Assembly: GCA_963813155.1 (NCBI GenBank)
Contig: CAWEYG010000002.1
Location: forward strand, 448,001-512,000
Direction: 5' to 3'
DNA from: an uncultured Acidobacteriota bacterium
GTDB taxonomy: Bacteria; Acidobacteriota; Thermoanaerobaculia; UBA5066; DATFVB01
DNA: 64,000 nucleotides
This document shows positions 30,193-38,163 of this stretch, piece by piece; positions within the stretch are counted from its first letter, which is position 1; each line of letters starts with the position of its first letter. The translations under genes and the position numbers were made by a program. The notes beneath the pieces were generated by a model, which saw only the letters and a program-made list of their open reading frames with translations, was not told the origin of the DNA and did no database searches.

Positions 30193-30850
30193 AGATCTGC
30201 CCGGGACTTCCCCGCCGCTCGACCCGGCCGCGCGCCAGCACGAGGACCTCGTCGCAGAGAGCGAGGACCTCCTCCGGGTTGTGGGCGACGTAGATCGTCG
30301 GAACCGGAAATCGCGAGTGAATGGCCTTCAACGACGAGATCACCTGGTCGCGCAGCGGGGAGTCGAGGCCCGTCAACGGCTCGTCGAGCAGCAGGATTCG
30401 CGGGCCGGAGAGCAGAGCGCGAGCGAGAGCGACGCGCCGCTTCTCGCCCCCGGAAAGATGCGTGACGGCACGGGTGAGCAGCGATTCGAGCCCGAGAACG
30501 CCGACGACTTCGTCGAAGCCGGGCGAAGCGCCGCCGCCGCGAGGCGTTCCGTAAAGGAGGTTCCGCCGGACGGAAAGATGAGGGAAAAGCGTTTCGTCCT
30601 GGGTCACGTACCCGACGCCCCGGGACCTCGGAGCGATCATCGTCCGCGTCGACGCGTCGAAGACGATCCGGCCGTGAATCGCGATCGATCCCCCGGCGGG
30701 GCGTCGAAAGCCGGCGATCAACTCCAGGAGAGACGTCTTTCCCGCTCCCGACGGGCCGACGAGCCCCGTCCAGCCGGGCCGGAGCTCCGCGTCGACGTCG
30801 AGGTCGAATCCCGACAGCGGAAGCCGGACGGACCGGAGAACGACGCTCAC
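30167..30850 (-). CDS. modC: Molybdate ABC transporter ATPase
   Basis: GPSGAGKT, LFPHLSV, LSGGE and LLLDEP. Confidence 0.9.
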   Translation of the reverse strand: MSVVLRSVRLPLSGFDLDVDAELRPGWTGLVGPSGAGKTSLLELIAGFRRPAGGSIAIHGRIVFDASTRTMIAPRSRGVGYVTQDETLFPHLSVRRNLLYGTPRGGGASPGFDEVVGVLGLESLLTRAVTHLSGGEKRRVALARALLSGPRILLLDEPLTGLDSPLRDQVISSLKAIHSRFPVPTIYVAHNPEEVLALCDEVLVLARGRVERRGSPGQIFRGGEAPR

Positions 30851-31521
30851 CGTCCCCGCCTTCGCTTCGCGAGGAACGTCTCCCCGATCCACACGGCGAC
30901 GAACGCGATCACCGCCGTGATGCCGACCAGCCGAGCCGCGTCGCCGTCGCGGCCGAGCTGCAGATCGCTGTAGATGGCCAGCGAGACGGTCGTCGTGCGT
31001 CCCGGGATGTTGCCCGCGACGAGAATCGTCGCCCCGAACTCGCCGACGGCGCGCGCGAACGAGAGGACGATCCCTCCGACCACGCCGCGAATCGCGAGCG
31101 GCAGAGTGATCGTGAAGAAGACGCGAAGCTCCCCTCCCCCCAGAGAGCGCGCCACCTGTTCCATCCGGGGGTTGACCTCCTCGAAAGCGTCGCGCGCGTG
31201 GCGGACGAGAAACGGAAAGGACATGACCATCATCGCGAGGACGACCGCGCGCCACGTGAACACGATCTCCGCGCCGAAGACCCGATGAAAGAGCGAGCCG
31301 AGGCCCGCGCGGCGGCCGGCGAGCTTGAGGAGGATCATTCCCGTCGCGACCGGGGGCAGCACGAGCGGAAGGGCGACGAGCGATTCGACGAGCGTCTTGC
31401 CCGCCCAATTTCCGCGCGACAACAGCCATGCGATCGCGAGACCGAACGGCAGGGAAAGCACGAGGGAGAGACCGGCCATCCGGAGAGTGAAGGCGACGAT
31501 CGACCACTCCTGCCCGGTCAA
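30847..31521 (-). CDS. modB: Molybdate ABC permease
   Basis: LPLVLPPVATG and FARAVGEFGATILVAGNIPGRT. Confidence 0.93.
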   Translation of the reverse strand: MTGQEWSIVAFTLRMAGLSLVLSLPFGLAIAWLLSRGNWAGKTLVESLVALPLVLPPVATGMILLKLAGRRAGLGSLFHRVFGAEIVFTWRAVVLAMMVMSFPFLVRHARDAFEEVNPRMEQVARSLGGGELRVFFTITLPLAIRGVVGGIVLSFARAVGEFGATILVAGNIPGRTTTVSLAIYSDLQLGRDGDAARLVGITAVIAFVAVWIGETFLAKRRRGR

Positions 31522-32288
31522 GGATTCCTGGGAATCAGCAGGAAGCCGTAGCGCCGGAAAATCTGCGCGGCGGCGGGCGAGCCGAGAAAGTCGAGGAATT
31601 TCTTCGCGGCCTCCCCGTGGCGGCTCTCCCGAATCACGGCCGCGGGGTAGGAGATTCGAGGTCCCTCCGCGGCGGGCACTTCAAACGCGATGCGCACCTT
31701 CTTCGAAATGCCCGCATCCGTGCGGTAGACGATCGCGGCGTCGGCGTTTCCCGCTTCGACCGCCGCGAGCGCGGCCCGCACGTTTTCCGTCGGGATCACT
31801 TTCGGCCGGACGCTCTCCCAGATTCCGATCTTCTGTAGGTATTCCCGCGCGTAGATCCCGGCGGGCACGGAGCCCGGCTCCGCCAGCGCGAGCGAGTGCA
31901 CGTCGCCGGAGCCGAGATCTCGCGGCGCACGGATCGGAGGCGCCGAGTCTTTCGAGACGACGATGACGAGCGTGTTGGAGAGAAACGAAGTTCTCGTCCC
32001 GGGGACGAGGAGTCTGAGCTTCTCCAGACGGTCGAGGAGGGCCTCGTCCGCGGAGAAGAAAACGTCCACCGGCGCCGAGGCCTCGATCTGGCGCTCGAGA
32101 ATGCTCGACGCGCCGAAGTTGAAATTCACGAGGTCCGGAGAACGCGTCTCGTAGATCTTTCCGATCTCGCCGAGCGCGTCGGTGAGGCTCGCGGCGGCGC
32201 TGACGATCAGGGTCTCGGCGCGGGCGGCGAAAGCGCAAAGAATCGCGGTCAACGAGAACAGGAACGCCCCGAAAAATCGCACTCGCAC
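31518..32288 (-). CDS. modA: Molybdate-binding periplasmic protein
   Basis: SAAASL, FGASS, VPAGIYA, ENVRAAL and IVYRTD. Start placed downstream of the ModE box. Confidence 0.93.
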   Translation of the reverse strand: MRVRFFGAFLFSLTAILCAFAARAETLIVSAAASLTDALGEIGKIYETRSPDLVNFNFGASSILERQIEASAPVDVFFSADEALLDRLEKLRLLVPGTRTSFLSNTLVIVVSKDSAPPIRAPRDLGSGDVHSLALAEPGSVPAGIYAREYLQKIGIWESVRPKVIPTENVRAALAAVEAGNADAAIVYRTDAGISKKVRIAFEVPAAEGPRISYPAAVIRESRHGEAAKKFLDFLGSPAAAQIFRRYGFLLIPRNP

Positions 32289-32311
32289 GACGGTGCGAGC
32301 AGAACACGATG

Positions 32312-32335
32312 CGATATCTTTCGTCAAGTATAACG
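32312..32335. promoter_or_regulatory. ModE-box operator upstream of modA
   Basis: CGATATC-N10-TATAACG matches the CGNTATA-N10-TATANCG ModE palindrome with one mismatch. Confidence 0.7.
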
Positions 32336-32337
32336 GC

Positions 32338-32697
32338 TCAGGGGCGCAGCAGGACCTGCAGCCGTTTCCAGGCGGGAGTGCACGCCCGCAGGCTTGCCTT
32401 GTCCATCGATCGATAGAGCGCGAGCACGCGCTTTCCGAGCAGCGTCAGGCGGGCCCCGCCGCGCGTCTTCCCCCCTCGCGAGAGCTCCACGAGAGGCCCG
32501 CGGAAGCTCTCGTTCATCATCCGGACGAGTTTCCATGCCCGCATGTACGACATGCCGACCTCGTCCGCCGCGCTCGTGAGCTTCGAGGTTCGCCCGATGG
32601 CCTCCAGCAGATCGGCCTTTCCCGGCCCGAGGGCGATCTCGCCGCCGCGCAGGACCCGGAGGCGGGGATGCAGGCTCCCCTTCGTGCTGTCGGCCAT
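32338..32697 (-). CDS. modE: Short ModE-family winged-helix regulator (no TOBE domains)
   Basis: LGPGKADLLEAI, MSYMRAW and GGARLT. Confidence 0.85.
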   Translation of the reverse strand: MADSTKGSLHPRLRVLRGGEIALGPGKADLLEAIGRTSKLTSAADEVGMSYMRAWKLVRMMNESFRGPLVELSRGGKTRGGARLTLLGKRVLALYRSMDKASLRACTPAWKRLQVLLRP

Positions 32698-32728
32698 GCG
32701 CGAATGTTATAAGTTCTGCCCTCACGCC

Positions 32729-33787
32729 ATGAAATCGCGGCCGGTTCGGATCGTCAGGCGCAGGGTTCTTCTCGCGCGGCTCGGCGCGGCGGCGCCCGCG
32801 GTCTTCGGCGCGGCCCTGCTGCTGTTCGCGCTGTGGCCCTGGATCGCTTCGCGGCGCCCGCGGGGTCGCACGATCGTCTTCTACGGGTTCAGCATTCTGG
32901 GCGACGCGATGAACGACGGCATCTTCCCCGCTTTCCAGAAGTCGTGGCAGGAGAAAACCGGCGAGCGCGTGGACTTCATCGGCTCCTACGGGGGCTCGGG
33001 GACGGTGACGAACCAGATCGTGCTCGGAGCCCCCGCCGACGCGGCGGTCGTCGCGCTCGAGCCGGACGCGGAGAGACTCGCCGCCGCCGGCGCGACGCCC
33101 CCCGGGAGCTGGCGAGACCTTCCGTTCCAGGGCATCGTGAACCGGACCCCGTTCGTGATCCTCGTCCGCCCCGGGAATCCCCTGGGAATTCGCGATTTCG
33201 CGGATCTCGCCCGGCCCGGAATCCGCATCGTGCATCCCGATCCGCTGACATCCGGGGGAGCGAATTGGGCGATCCTCGCCGAATACGGCGCGGGCATGCG
33301 GAGGGAGCCCCGGCTTCCCTCGGCCGGCTTCGACCTCCTCCTGGGAATCTGGCGCAACGTCATCGCGCAGGCGTCTTCGGCACGCGCGGCGCGGACCCAG
33401 TTCGAGAACGGGTTCGGAGACGCGTTGATCACGTACGAGCAAGAGGCGATCTGGGACCGTTCCCGCGGAAAGCTCAAGTCGGAAGTCGTCTACCCGAGGT
33501 CGACCATTTTGAGCGAACATACGTTCGTCTTGATCCACCGCAACCTGACCGGCCAGCGCCGCGACCTCGCCGAGAGCTTCGCCCGTTTTCTGTGGTCCGA
33601 AAGCGCTCAAAGGATCTTCGTTCATTACGGGTTCCGGAGCGTCTTCGAACCGCTGAACGACAACCCCGGGTTCGGCAGGATCGAAGACCCGTTTCGGGTC
33701 GGAGATCTCGGCGGCTGGAGAAAGGCGAAAAAGGAAATCGTCGAGGGCGTCTGGCGGAACCGCGTGCTCAAGGAAATTCACCGATGA
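32729..33787 (+). CDS. Sulfate/thiosulfate ABC substrate-binding protein (Sbp/CysP family)
   Basis: SYGGSG, VRPGNPLGIRDFADL, PLTSGGA, GDALITYE and DLGGW. Confidence 0.85.
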   Translation: MKSRPVRIVRRRVLLARLGAAAPAVFGAALLLFALWPWIASRRPRGRTIVFYGFSILGDAMNDGIFPAFQKSWQEKTGERVDFIGSYGGSGTVTNQIVLGAPADAAVVALEPDAERLAAAGATPPGSWRDLPFQGIVNRTPFVILVRPGNPLGIRDFADLARPGIRIVHPDPLTSGGANWAILAEYGAGMRREPRLPSAGFDLLLGIWRNVIAQASSARAARTQFENGFGDALITYEQEAIWDRSRGKLKSEVVYPRSTILSEHTFVLIHRNLTGQRRDLAESFARFLWSESAQRIFVHYGFRSVFEPLNDNPGFGRIEDPFRVGDLGGWRKAKKEIVEGVWRNRVLKEIHR

Positions 33788-34617
33788 GAAATTCCGGCTC
33801 GCCCCTGCACCCGACCCGCGCCGCGCCGGTTTCGCTTCTCGTTCTCGTCCTTTTTCCGCTTCTTCTGATGCCGCTCGGCGCCGTGTTCGTCTTCGCGTTC
33901 CGAGGTGGCCCGGCCGCATTTCTCGCGGCGATCCGGTCGCCCGACGCTCTCTTCGCGCTGCGTTTCAGCGTCCTCATCGCCTTTGGAACGGCAGCGGTCA
34001 ACGCCGTGCTCGGGACCTTCGCCGCGTACGTGCTCGGCAAGTTCAATTTTCCCGGGAGACGGCCGCTCGGCATCGTCGTCAACCTGCCGGTCGCGATTCC
34101 GACGGTCGTCGTGGGGACGTCGCTCCTGCTCCTGTGGGGGCCGATCGGCTGGCTCGGGAAGCTCCTGGGACCGTTCGGCGTGAGGCCGATGTTCGCGCCC
34201 GCCGGCATTCTTCTCGCCCACATCTTCGTGACGTTTCCGTACATGGTGGGAGCCGTCAAGCCCCTTCTGGACGAGCTGGAGGGCGGCTACGAGGAAGCCG
34301 CGTACACGATCGGCGCGAGCCCGTTCCAGACTTTCCGCCACGTCCTTCTGCCGGCGCTCAAAGGCGGACTGATGAGCGGAATTCTGCTGACCTTCGCGCA
34401 CTCCCTCGGCGAGTTCGGCGCGACGGTCCTCGTTTCCGGAAACCTCCGGCTCCGCACGCAGACGGCTCCCCTCTACATTTTCGCGCAGTTCGAAGCCGGC
34501 AAGATCGCCGAGGCGAACGCGGTCGCCGCCGTGCTCGCCGCGCTCTCGTTCGTGATCTTCTTTTTCCTCCTGAGCTTCGGAAATCTCGGCCTGACCGTCG
34601 GGGAAAAGAAGAACTGA
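33784..34617 (+). CDS. Sulfate ABC permease (CysT-like)
   Basis: NLPVAIPTVVVG, EEAAYTIGAS and GEFGA. Confidence 0.87.
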   Translation: MRNSGSPLHPTRAAPVSLLVLVLFPLLLMPLGAVFVFAFRGGPAAFLAAIRSPDALFALRFSVLIAFGTAAVNAVLGTFAAYVLGKFNFPGRRPLGIVVNLPVAIPTVVVGTSLLLLWGPIGWLGKLLGPFGVRPMFAPAGILLAHIFVTFPYMVGAVKPLLDELEGGYEEAAYTIGASPFQTFRHVLLPALKGGLMSGILLTFAHSLGEFGATVLVSGNLRLRTQTAPLYIFAQFEAGKIAEANAVAAVLAALSFVIFFFLLSFGNLGLTVGEKKN

Positions 34618-36476
34618 TGTCGATCTCCCTCGACCGCCTTTCCAAACGGTTCGGGAATCTGCCGATCGTCGACCAGGTGTCCCTCGACATCGACGAAGGA
34701 GAGCTTTTCGTCCTGCTCGGCTCGTCCGGAAGCGGAAAGAGCACGATCCTGCGCCTGATCGCCGGGCTCTCGCGCAGCGACGGGGGAAGGATCCTCATTC
34801 ACGGCCGCGATGTCGGCGGCCTTCCTCCCCAGAAGCGCGGAACGGGGTTCGTCTTCCAGAACTACGCGATCTTCCGCCACATGACCGTCGCCCGGAACGT
34901 GGAGTTCGGTCTCCGGATCCGCAGAGTCCCGGCCGCCGAGCGGGCGAAAAAGCGCGAAGAGCTGCTCGATCTCGTGGGGCTCGTCGGACTCGGCAACCGC
35001 TATCCCCACGAGCTCTCGGGCGGGCAGCTCCAGCGCGTCGCGCTCGCGCGGGCGCTCGCGTATTCGCCGGGAGTGCTGCTGCTCGACGAGCCTTTCGGCG
35101 CCCTCGACGCGAAGATCCGCGGCCAGCTGCGGCGTCATCTTCGCGAAATCCAGAAGCAGCTCTCGGTCACGACCCTTCTCGTCACGCACGACCAGGACGA
35201 GGCGTTCGAGCTCGGCGATCGGATCGGCGTTCTCGAGCGCGGCCATCTCCTCGAAGCGGGCCGTCCCGAGGACCTCTACGTCCGGCCGAAGAGCCTCTTC
35301 GTCGCGACGTTCCTCGGAGCAGGAACGGTGCTCGCCGGGCGCGCGGAAGGCAATCAGGCGAACCTCGGCGATTTCACGCTTCCGATCCCGCCCGACATCC
35401 CGCACGAAACCGGCTCGCGGGTGCGCGCGCTCTTCCGGCCGGAGAACGTGTCTCTCGCCTCCGACCCGGCGCGCGTCGAGGGAACTCTGATCGGGGAGGC
35501 CACGGTCTCGGAGGAGAGCTTCGCGGGGAGCTCCCGGAGAATTCGCCTCCGGCTCCCGCGCCGGCCCGCGGTGCGCCAGGTCGCGCCGCCGGTGCCGTTC
35601 GGCGAGGAAGGCCTGCTGCTCGACGCGCTCGTACCCGCGGATTTTCCCGAGCACGGCCCGTCCCTGTGGGTCGGGCTGCGCAGCTGGCAGATCCTCCAGC
35701 GGCCCTCGCCCCGGGTCCTGATCGTCGCGTCCGAATCAGACAGAGTCGAGTCTCTCGCCGCCGCGGCCGCGCTCTCCGCCTCCATCGGCGGAATCGCGAC
35801 GGTCCTCGGGGTCGCCGAGGAACCGGAGACCGTCGACGGCCTGCGTGAATCCCTGAAGACCCGGTCGGAAACCGCGGGGCTCGAACGCGCGGAGGTGAAG
35901 GTCCGCACCGGAAGGTTCGCGGAGCAGATCATCGCCGAACAGGTCGAATCGCTCTACGACCTGCTCGTGATCGACCCCTTTCCGGAAGGGCGCAAGCATT
36001 CCGTGCGATCCCGGGCCGCGACCTCGCGACTCCTCGAGGCCTCGGGGACTCCCGTGCTCGTCCTGCGCGGACCCTGGCGGCCGCCCGCGCGGGTTCTCGC
36101 GTGCACGGCCGTCGGCGAGCCGGGGAAAACCGTCGTCCGCGTCGCGGGCTGGCTCGCGCGGGGTCTCGGCGCGCGGGTCACCCTGCTGCACGTCTCCCGC
36201 GAAGCCGGCGAGCCCGGCGAGTTCGTCCGGGCGCACCTCGCGCGCGGGGTCGCGGCGGTCCGCTCTTTCGAAGTGGAGGCGGAGGCCCGCGTCCGTAGCG
36301 CGCGCGTTCCGGCCGAGGGAATCCTCGCCGAGGCAAAGGATTGCGGCGCGGGGCTGATCGCGATCGGGGGCCACGGTCCCCGCGTACGCTCGATCTTCGG
36401 CCGCGACGACGTCACGATGCAGATCCTCGCGACCGCCCCGACGCCGGTCCTGGTCGTGCCCGAAAGCGCGTGGTAA
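34617..36476 (+). CDS. CysA-like ABC ATPase fused to tandem universal-stress-protein (USP) domains
   Basis: GSSGSGKS, VFQNYA, LSGGQ, DEPFGALD and VTHD. The C-terminal half has LLEASGTPVLVLR and IAIGGHG..SIFG..ILATAPTPVLVVP. Confidence 0.85.
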   Translation: MSISLDRLSKRFGNLPIVDQVSLDIDEGELFVLLGSSGSGKSTILRLIAGLSRSDGGRILIHGRDVGGLPPQKRGTGFVFQNYAIFRHMTVARNVEFGLRIRRVPAAERAKKREELLDLVGLVGLGNRYPHELSGGQLQRVALARALAYSPGVLLLDEPFGALDAKIRGQLRRHLREIQKQLSVTTLLVTHDQDEAFELGDRIGVLERGHLLEAGRPEDLYVRPKSLFVATFLGAGTVLAGRAEGNQANLGDFTLPIPPDIPHETGSRVRALFRPENVSLASDPARVEGTLIGEATVSEESFAGSSRRIRLRLPRRPAVRQVAPPVPFGEEGLLLDALVPADFPEHGPSLWVGLRSWQILQRPSPRVLIVASESDRVESLAAAAALSASIGGIATVLGVAEEPETVDGLRESLKTRSETAGLERAEVKVRTGRFAEQIIAEQVESLYDLLVIDPFPEGRKHSVRSRAATSRLLEASGTPVLVLRGPWRPPARVLACTAVGEPGKTVVRVAGWLARGLGARVTLLHVSREAGEPGEFVRAHLARGVAAVRSFEVEAEARVRSARVPAEGILAEAKDCGAGLIAIGGHGPRVRSIFGRDDVTMQILATAPTPVLVVPESAW

Positions 36477-36486
36477 CGTTCGGGAA

Positions 36487-37626
36487 ATGAGCTTCCCGAT
36501 CAGCCGAAGAGATTTCCTGGGCGTCGCCGCCGGCGCCGCGGTCTTTCCGGCGGCCGCCGCGGCCGCGATCGCGGGGCGGCCTTCCCGGCGCCTCCTCCAG
36601 ATGAACGGCTACGCGACTGACGCGGAGTCTCCGCTCGATCTCCTCGCCGACTATCGGACGCCGAACGAGATTTTCTTCGTGCGGCACCACTGGATTCCGA
36701 AGATGCCCGACCTCGCCGCGTGGAAGCTTCGCATCGAAGGCGACGTCTCGGCGCCTCTCGATCTCTCGCTGCAGGAGATCCGCCGGCTCCCCGCCGCGAA
36801 CGCGACCTGCGTGCTCCAGTGCGCCGGCAACGGCCGCGCGCTCTACAAGCCGGTCGTCCCCGGCGTCCAGTGGAAGTACGGAGCGGTGGGAAACGCGCGC
36901 TGGACCGGCGCGAGGGTCCGGGACGTGCTGGAGAAAGCCGGATTGAAGGGCACCGCCCGATACCTCCACACCTTCGGGTCCGACGATCCCCCGGGGAAAG
37001 TTCCGCCCTTCCACCGAAGCGTCGAAATCGAGAAGGTCCTGCAGGACGGCATCCTTGCGTACGAAATGAACGGGGAGCCTCTTCCTCCGCTCCACGGCGC
37101 GCCGCTTCGCCTGATCGTGCCGGGATGGGCCGGCGACCACTGGATGAAGTGGCTCGTCCGCCTGAGCGCCGAGCCGCGGCCGCAGACCGGCTTCTACATG
37201 GACGTGGCCTACCGCTACCCGAAACAGCCCGGGGCGCCGGGTGTGGCGTTCAAACCGGACGAAATGGAGCCCGTGACCGAGCTCGCCGTCAAATCGAATT
37301 TCGTCGAAGCCCCGCGGCGCGCCCGAACCGGCCGGCCGGCCGTCCTTCGGGGGTTCGCGTTTTCCGGCGCTCCCGACGTCTCCCGGGTCGAGCTCTCCGA
37401 CGACGACGGAAGGACCTGGGCGGCGGCCGAACTGTCTCCCGAGCACGATCCTTTCGCCTGGCGGCTCTGGTCGTATCGATGGACGCCGCGCGCGCGCGGA
37501 AAAGCGACGGTCTGGGTCCGCGCAACCGACAGCCGGGGCTCCGTTCAGCCCCGGGAAGCGGTCTGGAACCAGAGCGGATACCTGTACAACGGATGGCACT
37601 CGGCCGAGATCGAGGTGACGCCGTGA
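36487..37626 (+). CDS. Tat-exported molybdopterin sulfite oxidase/dehydrogenase (SorA-like)
   Basis: SRRDFL Tat motif, FFVRHH, LQCAGNGR, GAVGNARWTG, HGAPLRLIVPGW and WNQSGY. Confidence 0.92.
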   Translation: MSFPISRRDFLGVAAGAAVFPAAAAAAIAGRPSRRLLQMNGYATDAESPLDLLADYRTPNEIFFVRHHWIPKMPDLAAWKLRIEGDVSAPLDLSLQEIRRLPAANATCVLQCAGNGRALYKPVVPGVQWKYGAVGNARWTGARVRDVLEKAGLKGTARYLHTFGSDDPPGKVPPFHRSVEIEKVLQDGILAYEMNGEPLPPLHGAPLRLIVPGWAGDHWMKWLVRLSAEPRPQTGFYMDVAYRYPKQPGAPGVAFKPDEMEPVTELAVKSNFVEAPRRARTGRPAVLRGFAFSGAPDVSRVELSDDDGRTWAAAELSPEHDPFAWRLWSYRWTPRARGKATVWVRATDSRGSVQPREAVWNQSGYLYNGWHSAEIEVTP

Positions 37627-38006
37627 AGCGCGGGTCGGCCCTTTTCCTCGCGGCCGCGGCCGGACTGCTCCTCGTCGGAGCCTCCTCCGCGCCGAAGCCG
37701 CTCCGTTCCGGCGCTCCCTTGCCCGAATTCGGCGTACACCTCGCCGAGCTTCCGCCCGGCCAGGGAAAAGCGATCGCGGACCGCGCCTGCCTGCAGTGCC
37801 ATTCGGCCGACATGCTCCGCCAGCAGCGGCTGACGGAGAAACAGTGGACCGCCGAGGTCACGAAGATGGCCGGATGGGGCGCCGACGTCAAAGACGAGGA
37901 AAAAGCCGAGCTGATCGGTTACCTGCTGAAGAATTTCGGAGCGGACGCCGGAGCGTTCCAGCCGGTCGAGACGCGCCCGTTCTCGAAGAGCGCGCCCGCG
38001 CACTAA
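37623..38006 (+). CDS. Monoheme c-type cytochrome (SorB-like partner)
   Basis: Signal peptide, LPPGQG, CLQCH and WTAEVTKMAGWGA. GTGA overlap with the sulfite oxidase gene. Confidence 0.88.
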   Translation: MKRGSALFLAAAAGLLLVGASSAPKPLRSGAPLPEFGVHLAELPPGQGKAIADRACLQCHSADMLRQQRLTEKQWTAEVTKMAGWGADVKDEEKAELIGYLLKNFGADAGAFQPVETRPFSKSAPAH

Positions 38007-38023
38007 CCAAGGCACACGGGCGC

Positions 38024-38147
38024 GAGCACGCGGGTGGCCCGGGACGAGACCCCCTTTTGCCGCTCGCGGCGCGGAGTCGTAGCAAAGTCATCGAACCGCA
38101 GCGAGCGGAAAAGCGGGGCGAGTCCCGTGACAGGCCCCGCAGTGCTC
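38024..38147. repeat. Palindromic repeat family A, copy 2 (124-bp hairpin)
   Basis: Nested arms GAGCAC/GTGCTC, CGGGAC/GTCCCG and CCCCTTTTGCCGCTCGC/GCGAGCGGAAAAGCGGGG. Lies between convergent genes. Confidence 0.85.
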
Positions 38148-38163
38148 ACGCGCGGTTACTCGC

